Origin: Gemmatimonadota bacterium
GTDB lineage: Bacteria > Gemmatimonadota > Gemmatimonadetes > Gemmatimonadales > GWC2-71-9
Assembly: GCA_036679605.1 (NCBI GenBank)
Contig: JAZDCZ010000254.1
Coordinates: forward strand, 157,807-221,806
Length of the DNA: 64,000 nt
Direction: 5' to 3'
The position numbers were made by a program, and so were the translations under genes. Of the stretch, positions 47,897 through 59,187 are shown piece by piece. Position 1 is the first letter of the stretch. Each line of letters opens with the position of its first letter. The notes beneath the pieces were generated by a model. That model did not search any database and was not told the DNA's origin. It saw only the letters and a list, made by a program, of their open reading frames with translations.

Positions 47897-48852
47897 GAGA
47901 CCTTGTAACACGCGCACTGCCGTCCCGGCGCGATCTCCTCGGTGGGTGGAAATGAGGAGATGCATCCGTCATCGGCGAGGTTGCAGCGTGGGTGAAACGT
48001 GCAGCCCTCCGGAAGCTCGAGAAAATCGGGAACCGTGCCCGGTATACCCCGTAACGGTTCGCCGCGTCCTACTCCCAGTTGAGGCGCCGATCCCAGCAGG
48101 CCCTGGGTGTACGGATGTCGAGCATCCCGAAACAGCGTGTGGATATCGGCCGTCTCGACGATCTTCCCTGTATACATGACCATCACGCGATCGGCCATCT
48201 CCGCCACGACACCAATGTCGTGCGTGATGAGCAGCAGCGCCATGTTGTATTCCTCCTGGAGATGGCGGAGCAAGTCCAGAATCTCTGCCTGCACGGTGGG
48301 ATCGAGCGCAGTGGTTGGCTCGTCGGCAATGAGCAGCTCGGGCCGCCCCGCGATCGCCGTCGCAATGAGAGCACGTTGTTGCATACCACCCGACAGTTCA
48401 AACGGATACGCCTTTGCCCGCTCCTCCGGGTCGGCAATACCGACGTCTCCCAAAAGCTGAACGGCTTCCGCCTGGGCCTCGTGTTTGCTCAGGCCACGGT
48501 GCAGTCTGAGGACGTCCGTAATCTGATTTCCCACCGTGTACACCGGGTTGAGAGCCACTCCGGGTTCCTGGAACACCAGTCCGATATGATGTCCGCGGAC
48601 CTTTCTCATCTGCTCCGCGTTCATCGCTCGGAGGTCCTGACCGTTAAAGAGCATCTGCCCATCCACGATGCGACCGGGCGATGGAATGAGATCCAGCAGC
48701 GACAGCGCGACGATGGTTTTCCCACACCCCGACTCACCAACCAGCGCAACGGTTTCTTTCTCGTCAATTACGAACGACACGTCGTCCACCGCCTTGAGGA
48801 TACCTTCGTCCAAAAAGAAGTAGCTCTTGAGGTTTCTGACTTCGATCAGCAT
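47893..48852 (-). CDS. oppD: Oligopeptide ABC ATP-binding protein OppD/DppD
   Basis: GESGCGKT, LSGGMQQR, DEPTTALD, CTFHPRC. Confidence 0.88.
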   Translation of the reverse strand: MLIEVRNLKSYFFLDEGILKAVDDVSFVIDEKETVALVGESGCGKTIVALSLLDLIPSPGRIVDGQMLFNGQDLRAMNAEQMRKVRGHHIGLVFQEPGVALNPVYTVGNQITDVLRLHRGLSKHEAQAEAVQLLGDVGIADPEERAKAYPFELSGGMQQRALIATAIAGRPELLIADEPTTALDPTVQAEILDLLRHLQEEYNMALLLITHDIGVVAEMADRVMVMYTGKIVETADIHTLFRDARHPYTQGLLGSAPQLGVGRGEPLRGIPGTVPDFLELPEGCTFHPRCNLADDGCISSFPPTEEIAPGRQCACYKVS

Positions 48853-48855
48853 GGC

Positions 48856-50013
48856 CTACACGAACCGCCGCATGAGAACCTTCGGATCGAGCGCATCGCG
48901 GATACCGTCGGCGAATAGGCTGAACGAGACAAGCGTCAGTGCAAGCAATGCACCCGGGAAGAACGCCACCCACCATGCCACTAGCAGCGCGTCTTGCCCA
49001 CCACTCACCATGTTGCCCCAGGACGGTGTGGGTGGGCGGATGCCGAGTCCGAGGAACGAGAGCCCAGCCTCGGCGCCGATCATACCTGCGACCGAGAGGG
49101 CCGCGCTCACCAGAACCGGCGACAGGGCACTCGGGATGAGGTGCCGAATGATGACCAAACGCGGTGGCAGACCGATGGCTCGCGCCGACTCCGCGAACTC
49201 TTGCTCTTTGAGTGATAGGATCTCGCCGCGAATGTAGCGGGCGGTTCCCGGCCAACTGGTGAACCCAAGAATCAGAACAATCAGCAAGATGTTCGCTTCG
49301 AAGACACCGACCAACATGAGCATCAAGTAGAACGTGGGGAATGCGATGATTACATCCACCAAGCGCATCAGGGTCGCGTCCACGATTCCTCCGAAGTAGG
49401 CAGCGACGGCTCCATAAGACGTCCCGATTACCTTCGAGAGCAGCATCGCGATGAGCCCGACGGACAGTGACACGCGAGCACCATACAAAGCTCGTGTAAA
49501 CAGGTCGCGGCCAAACTCATCCGTCCCAAAGATGTGCGCGCCTGACGGAGAGAGATATCGGGTCTGGAGCACGTTATCGATCGCCGATGGATCGTACGGC
49601 GCGAGTAGGGGTGTGAGCAGAGCTGCGATGTAGAAGATCGCAATCACGTAGATGGACGCCACCGCCAGCGTGTTTGCACGGAACCGGCGCAACGCGACGC
49701 GCCAAGGACTCTTGCTAACTACCAGGGGTTCGTCCCCGCGCTCCAGTAATCGCTGTACGTCCCACCGGGAGTACACGACAACGAACAGGAGTGACCCGAT
49801 CAAGAACACCGAAGCAATCCATTGATCGATTGCGCGAGAGCCGAATGCCGCGACCACACGTTCCGAGCGCCAGATGAAAATGAACCCTGCGGCTACCGTC
49901 ACCGCGAGCAGATGTACTCCCTTGGCGCGTCGCCCGAGAGCCAGATGCCCGAGTCCCGGGACGAACGCCAGCCAAGGCGCAGCCCTAGCCTTAGACTCGC
50001 TTCTTGCCGCCAT
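48856..50013 (-). CDS. oppC: Oligopeptide ABC permease OppC/DppC with N-terminal extension
   Basis: FGTDEFGRD, EAGLSFLGLG, DGIRDALDP. Confidence 0.88.
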   Translation of the reverse strand: MAARSESKARAAPWLAFVPGLGHLALGRRAKGVHLLAVTVAAGFIFIWRSERVVAAFGSRAIDQWIASVFLIGSLLFVVVYSRWDVQRLLERGDEPLVVSKSPWRVALRRFRANTLAVASIYVIAIFYIAALLTPLLAPYDPSAIDNVLQTRYLSPSGAHIFGTDEFGRDLFTRALYGARVSLSVGLIAMLLSKVIGTSYGAVAAYFGGIVDATLMRLVDVIIAFPTFYLMLMLVGVFEANILLIVLILGFTSWPGTARYIRGEILSLKEQEFAESARAIGLPPRLVIIRHLIPSALSPVLVSAALSVAGMIGAEAGLSFLGLGIRPPTPSWGNMVSGGQDALLVAWWVAFFPGALLALTLVSFSLFADGIRDALDPKVLMRRFV

Positions 50014-50983
50014 ATGACACTCGGGGGTCCACCCATGCGTAGGTGATGTCCGCCATGAGATTGCCCATTACGGTGAGTACGGCAGCGATCAACATCGTCG
50101 CCATGATCAAGGGGTAGTCGCGACCACTCACTCCACCTACGGCCAAGCGTCCCATGCCCGGCCACGCGAATATCGTCTCGATGATCGTTGCACCACCCAA
50201 CAGAAATGGGAGCGACAACCCATAAATCGTGATGATGGGGATCAAGGCATTCCGAAGGGCGTGCTTCAGAATGACGAAGCGTTCCGTAAATCCACGTGCG
50301 CGAGCGGCGATCACATAATCTTCGCTCAGCACCTCCAGGAGTTTATTGCGCATGTATCGGGCGGTACCGGCCGCCGAGGCGATCCCCATCACAAAGACCG
50401 GAAGCACGAGATGCCAAATACGATCTCCGACTTTGCCCCAGAACGAGAGGAACTCGTAATCCATTGAGCGGGTCTGCGATGTGGGGAACCAACCGAGATT
50501 GACGGAAAACACTAGCACCAACATCAACGCCAGCCAAAACCCGGGGACCGCATAGATGATGAGCGATCCCAATGTGACGACCTTATCCCACAGTGAGTAC
50601 TGCTTGACAGCGGATATGATACCGAGGGTGATGCCGATCAGCGCGTCAAACAACACCGCCAGCACAGTGAGCTGCAGCGTGTAGGGAACTGCCTCTGCGA
50701 GCAGGTGGCCAACAGGGCGGCGGTGACGGAACGACTCGCCGAAGTCGCCGTGCAGAACATTGCCTAGCCATCGTACATACTGAATGTGAATCGGTTGATC
50801 GAGTCCGTACTTCTTGCGCAGCAACTCGATGATCTCGGGATCGACCCGCCGCTGGCGCTGCGGCTCGAGATACATGTCGAGCGGATCGCCCGGCGCCAAC
50901 CGCATCATGAAGAACGTGGCGGTCACGATCCCGAAAAGCAGCGGGATGGCATAGAGAAGTCTCTTAAGAACGTGGCGTCCCAT
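49991..50983 (-). CDS. oppB: Oligopeptide ABC permease OppB/DppB
   Basis: APGDP, GDFGES, HALRNALIP, FAWPGMG. Confidence 0.9.
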   Translation of the reverse strand: MGRHVLKRLLYAIPLLFGIVTATFFMMRLAPGDPLDMYLEPQRQRRVDPEIIELLRKKYGLDQPIHIQYVRWLGNVLHGDFGESFRHRRPVGHLLAEAVPYTLQLTVLAVLFDALIGITLGIISAVKQYSLWDKVVTLGSLIIYAVPGFWLALMLVLVFSVNLGWFPTSQTRSMDYEFLSFWGKVGDRIWHLVLPVFVMGIASAAGTARYMRNKLLEVLSEDYVIAARARGFTERFVILKHALRNALIPIITIYGLSLPFLLGGATIIETIFAWPGMGRLAVGGVSGRDYPLIMATMLIAAVLTVMGNLMADITYAWVDPRVSYGGKKRV

Positions 50984-51083
50984 TAGAGACCAGTTTCCTT
51001 ACGAGTCGCCGCTCCTCCGACTTCTCCCTGACGTCTCATCGAACACCAGTGAGGGTGAGAAGGGTGAGAATGGAAAAATGCGA

Positions 51084-52778
51084 CTACTGTCTCGTTCCCT
51101 CGACGAGTTTCGCCATGAGCGCTCGGAGACTGTCCTCCGGCACCACGGTACTGGCATACACCATGTGAGTTTCGAGCCGCAGTATGCCGACCACAGTGTC
51201 GCCCGCTGCGGCGTTCACAATCAGCCGCCCCACCCGCGCCGGTCCGGGCGCTAACGTCGGCGTGGGGTACGATTCGATCGTAAAAGCTGTCAACGAATCG
51301 AGCATATGCACTACGCGGAAACCGGGCGCGCCCTGGTATTCAATCTCGGATACTTCGCTTACGGGAAATCCGTCCAGCACGATAGGACCACGCGCCACAG
51401 ATAACGAGTCAGTCCCGGGTGCAGCAGAATCCACCGCGCTTACTGCCACAGGTGTGCTGTCGGACGGAACCTCCGTCGGAGGTTCCGCTATTGCCGCGCT
51501 GTCCGATGTCCCCCCAGCATCTGCTGCCACCACCGCCTCCGTATCGGCCGCGATCGCGCCCGGTACCAAGCTGTCTGTGACCGCACTGTCAGCCACTGCC
51601 AGCGACAGTGCGCTGTCTGCAATGGCACTTTCAGTTGTGGTATCGGCCGCCGGAGCAGGAACCGGGGCTGTTAGCGGTCTCGTCGCTAGCTCCGGTTCGT
51701 CACCGCCTCCACCACCACCGGGGATCACGCCGGCCATCGAGAGTCCGATGCCGGCCAGCAAACCCACGACGACTCCACCGGCACCGAACACCAACCGTGA
51801 CTTGTCTTTCGCAGGCGGCCCGCCGAGCGGCACACGTGGCATTGAGGCGCGAGCAGGCTCCACGGGGGCCACGAACGGCGCGGGCTCCGGCGGCTCCGGC
51901 TCGCTCGCTGGTTGAGCTGCGGCCGCTAGAGCGTCCTCGCTCCGCTTCGCCTCGGCTCCAAACGGCACGGTTTCGAACCCCCCTGAATGCGAATGCTCAC
52001 CTGCCGCACGAGACGCAGGCTCCGCTTCGGGCTCGGGCTCGGGTTCTGGTTCTGGTTCTGGTTCTGGTTCCGGCTCTGGTTCCGGTTCGGGCTCGGGCTC
52101 GGGTTCTGCCTGAGGCTCTGCTTCAGCTTCTGGCTCGAATTCCGCCCGTGGTTCCAACTCCGATGACGCAGGCTCAAGTTCCGTCTCGGCGGCGCTCGGC
52201 GCACTCCCCAACTCACCCGCCGCCTCATCAACCACAGCCATGATTTGGGAGGAAAGGCGCCGCGCCGCCTGCTCGGCATCTGCGCGTTCTCCTTCAGCCA
52301 GGGACGCGAGGAGACTTTCGAGCATCGGCTGAATTTCCTCGCTCGGCCGTCCGGCAAGAGCCTCCAGTGCCTCCACCACATCCGGCAGATCGACCTGCTG
52401 TGCGTAGTCCGACAGCACATCGCGGGCAGACCCGACGTGGTTGGAATCGACCAGAATAGATGCATATCGCACGTGCGCCGGGTCCTGACCTTCCGGTACC
52501 AAGGGCAGGATCTTCTGGCAGAGGGAGTTGACGCGCTGCGCGGCACCATCTCTGGCATAATGTTCGGCGGCCTGCTCGTAGGACGTCACCGCTTCAGCTG
52601 CGCGATTGAGCTTCAGAAGCAAGTCGCCGACCTTGACGTAGAGCGGGAGGACCTTCGACACGGCAGGAGTGCCCTCGACGTGGCGGAGAATGTGCTGGTA
52701 GATCGTAACCGCTTTCGCCAGCTCACCCCGCTGCTCGAAAACTCTGGCCTGATCTTTGAGTTCGGAAACGGTAGCCAC
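51084..52778 (-). CDS. TPR-like N-terminus, (EP)n linker, single TM, low-complexity C-terminal membrane protein
   Basis: Helical repeats, about 14 EP dipeptides, [14 protein letters not shown] segment. Confidence 0.7.
   Translation of the reverse strand: MATVSELKDQARVFEQRGELAKAVTIYQHILRHVEGTPAVSKVLPLYVKVGDLLLKLNRAAEAVTSYEQAAEHYARDGAAQRVNSLCQKILPLVPEGQDPAHVRYASILVDSNHVGSARDVLSDYAQQVDLPDVVEALEALAGRPSEEIQPMLESLLASLAEGERADAEQAARRLSSQIMAVVDEAAGELGSAPSAAETELEPASSELEPRAEFEPEAEAEPQAEPEPEPEPEPEPEPEPEPEPEPEPEPEAEPASRAAGEHSHSGGFETVPFGAEAKRSEDALAAAAQPASEPEPPEPAPFVAPVEPARASMPRVPLGGPPAKDKSRLVFGAGGVVVGLLAGIGLSMAGVIPGGGGGGDEPELATRPLTAPVPAPAADTTTESAIADSALSLAVADSAVTDSLVPGAIAADTEAVVAADAGGTSDSAAIAEPPTEVPSDSTPVAVSAVDSAAPGTDSLSVARGPIVLDGFPVSEVSEIEYQGAPGFRVVHMLDSLTAFTIESYPTPTLAPGPARVGRLIVNAAAGDTVVGILRLETHMVYASTVVPEDSLRALMAKLVEGTRQ
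52020..52125 (-). repeat. Coding hexamer repeat (Glu-Pro)n
   Basis: GARCCN tandem tract. Confidence 0.85.
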
Positions 52779-52994
52779 TAGAAACCCTCAGTTGTTGTCT
52801 ACCCCAATACTATCACTCCGACGACTAGCTTGGACAGGGTGCGCCGGCAAGCGACAAGGATTCCACCAATTTGGACCAAACACCCGCGTCTCGCCATATC
52901 TGGCTCCCGGCGATTCGTCGGGTGCCTATGGTTGTCTTGCGCGAGGAGTAGCCGCCCAAATTAAGGCAGCTGCCCCTTCTGAAGCGGCTGGCCC

Positions 52995-53243
52995 CTACGA
53001 CTGGTCGCGCCAATCCCGCCTGAATATCAGGACGTGGCCACAGTTGTTGCATGCCTCGACGTGCCACAACACGTCCACCTCGCCCGACTCGACTCCGAAT
53101 CTCGATAGCGATCCGCGTCCCGCATACGAGTCGGTCTCGAGTCGCGTTACATAGACACCATCCAAACAAACGAGGCAGGTGCGGTCTGGCATGGACCTGC
53201 GCTCGGATTTGCCCTGGGCCACTGGCTGCTGGCTAACGGTCAT
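52995..53243 (-). CDS. Small putative zinc-ribbon protein
   Basis: CLVC...CNNCG; start may be MPDRT. Confidence 0.55.
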   Translation of the reverse strand: MTVSQQPVAQGKSERRSMPDRTCLVCLDGVYVTRLETDSYAGRGSLSRFGVESGEVDVLWHVEACNNCGHVLIFRRDWRDQS

Positions 53244-53330
53244 GTACGTTTACCCCTCTACTATAGTGTCCGGTGGATTACCTTCCGCTCCCAATAGCTT
53301 AACCGTCGTCCGCTCAAGCGGAAGGATCTG

Positions 53331-54008
53331 ATGGCAGTGTCCTCGAAGCACCCGGAACTCGAAGAATTGCTGCGGCCAACCGCGTTCATCGATTGCGACC
53401 ATCCCGAGGTCATAGAATTCGCAAGGACTACCACTGAAACCCTTGAGACCGACGTCGCCAAGGCCATTGCGCTGTACGACGCCGTACGAGATGGTATCCG
53501 ATATGACCCCTACCGCGTAGACCTGACTCCACAGGCGATGCGAGCCAGTGCGGTCCTGGCCAGGAGGTTCGGATTTTGTGTTCCCAAGGCGGTCTTGCTC
53601 GCCGCCGCGGCGCGTGCGGAAGGCATCCCCAGTCGGCTCGGTTTCGCGGACGTCAAGAACCACCTAGCGACCGACCGGCTGAAGGAATCGATGCAGACCG
53701 ATCTGTTCGTCTTTCACGCGTACACGGAACTATTTCTGGACGAGCAATGGGTTAAGGCAACACCGGCGTTCAACAGCTCTCTGTGCGAGCGGTTCGATGT
53801 CGAACCATTGCCGTTTGACGGCCACCATGATTCGCTGCTCCAGCAATTCGACCGTAGCGGAAACCGGTACATGGAGTATGTGCGCGACCGCGGTCAGTTC
53901 TCCGATCTACCGCTTGAACAACTCAGCGCCGCGTTCGAGAAACATTACCCGTCGCTAATGTCCGAAAAAACTTACGACATTGAGGGGACGTTCGAGGAAG
54001 ACGCCTAG
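53331..54008 (+). CDS. Transglutaminase-like domain protein
   Basis: GFCVPKA, FHAYTE, WVKATPAF. Confidence 0.87.
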   Translation: MAVSSKHPELEELLRPTAFIDCDHPEVIEFARTTTETLETDVAKAIALYDAVRDGIRYDPYRVDLTPQAMRASAVLARRFGFCVPKAVLLAAAARAEGIPSRLGFADVKNHLATDRLKESMQTDLFVFHAYTELFLDEQWVKATPAFNSSLCERFDVEPLPFDGHHDSLLQQFDRSGNRYMEYVRDRGQFSDLPLEQLSAAFEKHYPSLMSEKTYDIEGTFEEDA

Positions 54009-54029
54009 GTTTGAAATCACGGAGATAGA

Positions 54030-56093
54030 TTGCATTACATGAGGCGAGTGGCTCTAGGAGCCGCACGACAATTGGGACAGTTGCACGACGGGCTCCGTCA
54101 AACCGAGCACATGTACATGGTGCTCATCTCGGTTGTCATCGGCCTGCTCGGCGGCTTGGGAGCGGTGGGCCTGCGTTTCCTCATCCGCGGAATCAACTTC
54201 GTAGCTTGGCGGCAAGGCGAATACACTCTCGCCTACCTCCGCGACCTTCCGTGGTGGTGGAAGTTGCTGGCCCCGGCGGCGGGTGGCCTCATCGTCGGAC
54301 TCATTATCCGCCACGTTTCGAGCGAAGCCAAGGGTCACGGTGTGCCTGAGGTCATGGAAGCGGTCGCGTTGCGGGGCGGCCGCATTCGGCCGCGTGTGGT
54401 GTTTGCCAAATTATTCGCGTCGGGGATCTCGATCGGATCGGGCGGCTCGGTGGGCCGGGAAGGTCCTATCGTGCAAATCGGATCGGCCATCGGGTCGGTT
54501 ATCGGTCAGTGGCTCAAAGTAGACCAGGCCAGACTCCGCACACTCGTCGGATGCGGCGCAGCAGCCGGAATAGCCGGAGCGTTCAATGCGCCCATCGCCG
54601 GCGCCCTGTTCGCCGTAGAGATCATCCTGGGTGATTTCGGAGTATCGCAGTTCTCACCCATAGTCATTTCCTCGGTGAGCGCGACGGTGGTGAGCCGACA
54701 CTTCCTCGGCGACCTACCTGCCTTCGAGGTGCCGACGTATCAGCTCGTCAACGCCAACGAATTATTGGGCTACGCGTTCCTCGGGGTCATGGCGGCCTTC
54801 GTTGCCGTCGCATTCATCAAACTGCTCTACGCGGGCGAGGATCTGTTCGACAAAGTGAAGACGCACGTGGCTAACAAGGCGATGGTGGGCGGTCTAATTG
54901 TTGGGACAATCGGAATCTGGGCGCCCGGAGTATTCGGCGTAGGATATGAGGCGATCAATGACGCGCTCGGCAACGCCGCGACATGGCAGTACATGCTCCT
55001 GTTGGTTGGGCTCAAGATCTTTGCCGTCTCGGTCACGATCGGTTCAGGCGGCTCGGGTGGGATCTTCGCTCCGTCGCTTTTTATTGGTGCCATGCTGGGG
55101 GGCGCACTCGGGACCATGATGCACCACCTGTGGCCCGCTGCTACCGCCGCGCCCGGCGCGTACGCGCTGGTGGGAATGGGAGCGCTCGTTGCCGCCGCAA
55201 CCCATGCGCCGATCACCGCGATTCTCATCATCTTCGAACTCACCAGCGACTACAAGATCATCCTACCGCTAATGATCAGCTGCATTATTGCCACGCTCGT
55301 GTCCACCAAGATCCACAGTGCATCAATCTACACGCTCAAGCTGTTGCGCCGCGGTATCGATGTATATGGCGGCCGCGCGGTGAACGTACTGCGTGGTGTC
55401 CCTGTATCGGAGGTCATGCACGAGGCAGCACTGACCGTGGAGCCCTCGAAACCGCTTGGTGATCTGATCGCAACCGTCATTGAGCAACCCAACGCAACAT
55501 TGTTCGTGGTCGGCGACGATGGCACGCTCCACGGCGTAATCGCAATAGATGAGCTCAGACCGGTAATGTCCGATCCGTCAGCCTTGGGACCGCTCATCAT
55601 TGCGCAGGACGTGATGGCCACTGAGGGATATCCTAAGGTGAAACCGGACGAATCACTGTCCGAGGTCATGCGAATGCTCGGCGATTACCGCGGAGAGATC
55701 CCCGTGGTAGATGGGGAACGTCTAGCAGCAGTTATCCGGCCCCATGATGTGATAGCGCGCTATAACGCCGAGCTATTCAAGCGCGACGTGGCACACGGTA
55801 TGGTATCGAGCCTCACTCCCGACCGTCCCATGGCAATGCTTCCTACATCCGATGACACAGCGGTGGCGGAAGTTGCCGTACCACCCGAGTTCGTGGGCAG
55901 AACGATCGCTGAACTCAATGTTCGCAAGAAGTACGGCATCACGATCCTGCTGATTCGGAAACCTGCTACGGACGATCGGTCCGAGCGGTTGGAGACCGCC
56001 CCGGAACCAGACTATGTTTTCGGCGACAGGGAACACATGCTGGCCATGGGGACGAAGGACAAACTGCGTGCGTTGTTGACTCGCACAATCTAG
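54030..56093 (+). CDS. ClC chloride channel/antiporter with CBS and TrkA-C domains
   Basis: GHGVPE, GREGP, FNAPIAG, GGIFAP. Confidence 0.92.
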   Translation: MHYMRRVALGAARQLGQLHDGLRQTEHMYMVLISVVIGLLGGLGAVGLRFLIRGINFVAWRQGEYTLAYLRDLPWWWKLLAPAAGGLIVGLIIRHVSSEAKGHGVPEVMEAVALRGGRIRPRVVFAKLFASGISIGSGGSVGREGPIVQIGSAIGSVIGQWLKVDQARLRTLVGCGAAAGIAGAFNAPIAGALFAVEIILGDFGVSQFSPIVISSVSATVVSRHFLGDLPAFEVPTYQLVNANELLGYAFLGVMAAFVAVAFIKLLYAGEDLFDKVKTHVANKAMVGGLIVGTIGIWAPGVFGVGYEAINDALGNAATWQYMLLLVGLKIFAVSVTIGSGGSGGIFAPSLFIGAMLGGALGTMMHHLWPAATAAPGAYALVGMGALVAAATHAPITAILIIFELTSDYKIILPLMISCIIATLVSTKIHSASIYTLKLLRRGIDVYGGRAVNVLRGVPVSEVMHEAALTVEPSKPLGDLIATVIEQPNATLFVVGDDGTLHGVIAIDELRPVMSDPSALGPLIIAQDVMATEGYPKVKPDESLSEVMRMLGDYRGEIPVVDGERLAAVIRPHDVIARYNAELFKRDVAHGMVSSLTPDRPMAMLPTSDDTAVAEVAVPPEFVGRTIAELNVRKKYGITILLIRKPATDDRSERLETAPEPDYVFGDREHMLAMGTKDKLRALLTRTI

Positions 56094-56160
56094 GTTCGAG
56101 ATGCATGTTATGATCCAACGATGTATGGGTTTGGATTCTCTTTTCCAGAGAGTATATCCC

Positions 56161-59154
56161 GTGTCTAAAGGCATTTTTCTACTAACTGTCGTCAGCGTCG
56201 CTCTTATGGCGGCCCACCCCATGCAACTCGGGGCTCAACAGTACGGTCCGGGCATGTTCAACGAGATGCACTGGCGCATGATCGGACCGTTTCGGGGCGG
56301 TCGTACGAAGGCGGCTGCCGGCATTCCGGATCAGCCCAACGTATTCTACGTGGGAGTGGTCAATGGCGGCGTGTGGAAGACAACGGACTTCGGTCGTATC
56401 TGGCGCCCGATCTTCGACGACCAACCGACGGGCTCGATCGGCGCCATTGCAATAGCACCGTCTGATCCGAGCATCATCTACGTGGGCAGCGGAGAGGGAC
56501 TGCAGCGGCCCGATCTGTCGACCGGAGACGGCATCTACAAATCGACCGATGGTGGGAAGACCTGGACTCACCTCGGCCTGCGTGATGGTCAACAGATTCC
56601 GCAGATCATCGCAGATCCACGAGATCCGAATCGATTGTTCGTCGCCGTGCTAGGCCACCCGTACGGACCGAACGAGCAACGCGGAATTTTCCACTCCACC
56701 GACGGCGGCAGCAGCTTCGAGAGGGTTCTGTATCGGGACGAAAACACAGGCGGTGTCGATGTGGCATTCGATCCGAGCAACGCTCAGACCGTCTACGCGG
56801 TAATGTGGGAGGCGCGTGAGGGCCCGTGGGAGAACGGCGTCTTTCGCGGCCCCGGCAGCGGAATCTTCAAGTCGATCGATGGCGGCGATACGTGGCATCC
56901 ACTCACCAAGGGACTGCCCACATTCGACGACGACGGTTTGAGCAGGATCGGGATCACGGTAGCGCCAAGTCTGCCGAGTCGTCTCTATGCCACGGTCGAA
57001 TCCCGTCGTAATGGTGGACTGTACCGCTCCGACGATGCAGGTGAAAGTTGGTATCGCACGAACTCCGATCCACGCGTCACCCAGCGCGGTTCGGACTTCG
57101 CCGAAGTCAAGGTTCATCCTACTAACCCCGACATAGTCTTCACCGGCAGCATCGTCGTTTGGAAATCAGTTGACGGTGGCAAGACATTCGAGTCGATCCG
57201 CGGCGCGCCGGGAGGCGACGACTACCACCGCCTGTGGATCAATCCGATCTTCCCAGACATTATTCTCATCGCAGCCGACCAGGGTGCTATCGTCACGGTG
57301 AATGGCGGCGCAACCTGGAGTTCCTGGTACAATCAGCCGACCGCACAGTTTTATCACGTCACCACCGACAATGCGTTTCCCTATCGAGTCTGTGGCGGTC
57401 AACAGGAGAGCGGCTCGGCATGTGTGCAAAGCCGGGGGGACGACGGACAGATAACTTTCCGCGAATGGCATCCCGTCGGGATAGAGGAGTACGGCTACGC
57501 CGCGCCGGATCCACTCGACCCGGACATAGTCTACGGCGGTAAGGTCTCGCGCTACGACCGGCGCACAGGACAAGTACAGAACGTGAGCCCAAGCCCGCTG
57601 CGTGACGGTGGCTACCGAGTCATTCGTACAATGCCGCTGCTCTTTTCGCCGCTCGACCCGCACACTTTGTATTTCGCATCCAACGTTCTCTGGAAAACGA
57701 CGAACGGCGGACAGAGTTGGGACCAGATAAGCCCTGATCTGTCGCGAGAAACCTGGGAGGTGCCACCCAACGTGGGCAAATACCGCGGCACACGTGCCGC
57801 GCGCGTCACGAGACGCGGAGTCATTTACACGGTTGCTCCTTCTCCCATGGACATCAACACTGTTTGGGTCGGAACCGACGACGGCATGATTCACCTGACA
57901 CGCGATGGTGGTGACAACTGGAAAGATGTCACGCCCCCTGAACTGGCACCGTGGGCCAAAGTCTCGTTGATGGATGCGTCACATTCCGACGTGAACACGG
58001 CTTACGCCGCCATCAACACTTTGCGACTCGACGACTTGCGCCCCCACATTTACCGAACGCGCGATGGGGGCGACACATGGACACATATCACGGATGGGAT
58101 CCCGGACGGTGGAACCGTGAACGTCGTGCGCGAAGATCCCAAGCGACCGGGATTGTTGTTTGCGGGTACGGAACAAACTGTGTACGTGTCGTTCGACGAC
58201 GGTGACCATTGGCAGTCTCTACGCCTCGACATGCCAGCCACCTCCATTCGGGATCTGGTCATCAAGGACAACGACCTCGTTGTTGGTACCCACGGGCGCG
58301 GCATCTGGATTCTCGACGACATCACACCACTGCGCCAAATTACGCCGGAAGTAATGGAGAGCGATGCTTTCCTGTTCGAGCCGGCACAGGCGTGGCGCTT
58401 TCGCTGGAACAAGAACACCGACACACCACTGCCACCGGACGAGCCGACTGGAGAAAACCCTCCCGACGGTGCCGTCATCGACTATTTCCTAAGACAGAGA
58501 GCACGTGGCCCGGTGACTTTGGAAATCACCACTGAGGCAGACGAACTTATCCGTCGCTACTCGAGTGCGGATACACCCGAGTCAGCGCTCGAGGGCCAAA
58601 ACGTACCTGCGTATTGGCCACGACCTCCGCAGGTGCTCCTGGCACAAGCCGGATTACACCGCTTCGTGTGGAATACGCACTACCCGCGGCCTGCTGTGCT
58701 GCGGTTGCGGTATCCAATCGCGGGAGTGTACCAGAACACTCCGGTTGTTCCACTGGGACCATCGGTGTTGCCAGGCCGTTACACCATCAAACTCACTGTC
58801 CACGGAGAGATCCACACTCGGCAACTCACGGTGAATATGGACCCGCGGGTGCAGACGGCCCGAGCGGAACTCGAACGTCAGTTCCAGCTGTCCATGAAAC
58901 TCGTTGATTTGTTGCGACGGGACTTCGAAGCGCTCGGCGATGTGAGAGCCCTCAGCGCCAGCCAGACACAGAAGACCGAATCTGCCAAAATTGAGACAGA
59001 ACTCACGCGCATCAACCGTTCACTCAGTACTCTCTATCGGATCGTCGAGGGTGCGGATGTCGGGCCTTCGTCTGCGGTGGTCGCGGCTATCGGAGCACAG
59101 GAGCGAGCGTTGAACGAGGTCCTAGCAACGTGGCGGTCGCTCAAGTCCAGGTAA
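56161..59154 (+). CDS. VPS10/BNR-repeat beta-propeller exported protein, paralog of 23344-26625
   Basis: WRMIGPFRGGR, RPDLSTGDG, GTHGRGIWILDD; start uncertain. Confidence 0.88.
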   Translation: MSKGIFLLTVVSVALMAAHPMQLGAQQYGPGMFNEMHWRMIGPFRGGRTKAAAGIPDQPNVFYVGVVNGGVWKTTDFGRIWRPIFDDQPTGSIGAIAIAPSDPSIIYVGSGEGLQRPDLSTGDGIYKSTDGGKTWTHLGLRDGQQIPQIIADPRDPNRLFVAVLGHPYGPNEQRGIFHSTDGGSSFERVLYRDENTGGVDVAFDPSNAQTVYAVMWEAREGPWENGVFRGPGSGIFKSIDGGDTWHPLTKGLPTFDDDGLSRIGITVAPSLPSRLYATVESRRNGGLYRSDDAGESWYRTNSDPRVTQRGSDFAEVKVHPTNPDIVFTGSIVVWKSVDGGKTFESIRGAPGGDDYHRLWINPIFPDIILIAADQGAIVTVNGGATWSSWYNQPTAQFYHVTTDNAFPYRVCGGQQESGSACVQSRGDDGQITFREWHPVGIEEYGYAAPDPLDPDIVYGGKVSRYDRRTGQVQNVSPSPLRDGGYRVIRTMPLLFSPLDPHTLYFASNVLWKTTNGGQSWDQISPDLSRETWEVPPNVGKYRGTRAARVTRRGVIYTVAPSPMDINTVWVGTDDGMIHLTRDGGDNWKDVTPPELAPWAKVSLMDASHSDVNTAYAAINTLRLDDLRPHIYRTRDGGDTWTHITDGIPDGGTVNVVREDPKRPGLLFAGTEQTVYVSFDDGDHWQSLRLDMPATSIRDLVIKDNDLVVGTHGRGIWILDDITPLRQITPEVMESDAFLFEPAQAWRFRWNKNTDTPLPPDEPTGENPPDGAVIDYFLRQRARGPVTLEITTEADELIRRYSSADTPESALEGQNVPAYWPRPPQVLLAQAGLHRFVWNTHYPRPAVLRLRYPIAGVYQNTPVVPLGPSVLPGRYTIKLTVHGEIHTRQLTVNMDPRVQTARAELERQFQLSMKLVDLLRRDFEALGDVRALSASQTQKTESAKIETELTRINRSLSTLYRIVEGADVGPSSAVVAAIGAQERALNEVLATWRSLKSR

Positions 59155-59187
59155 ACTCGCAGAAAGCTGTCCGACGTATTCCGCCAA

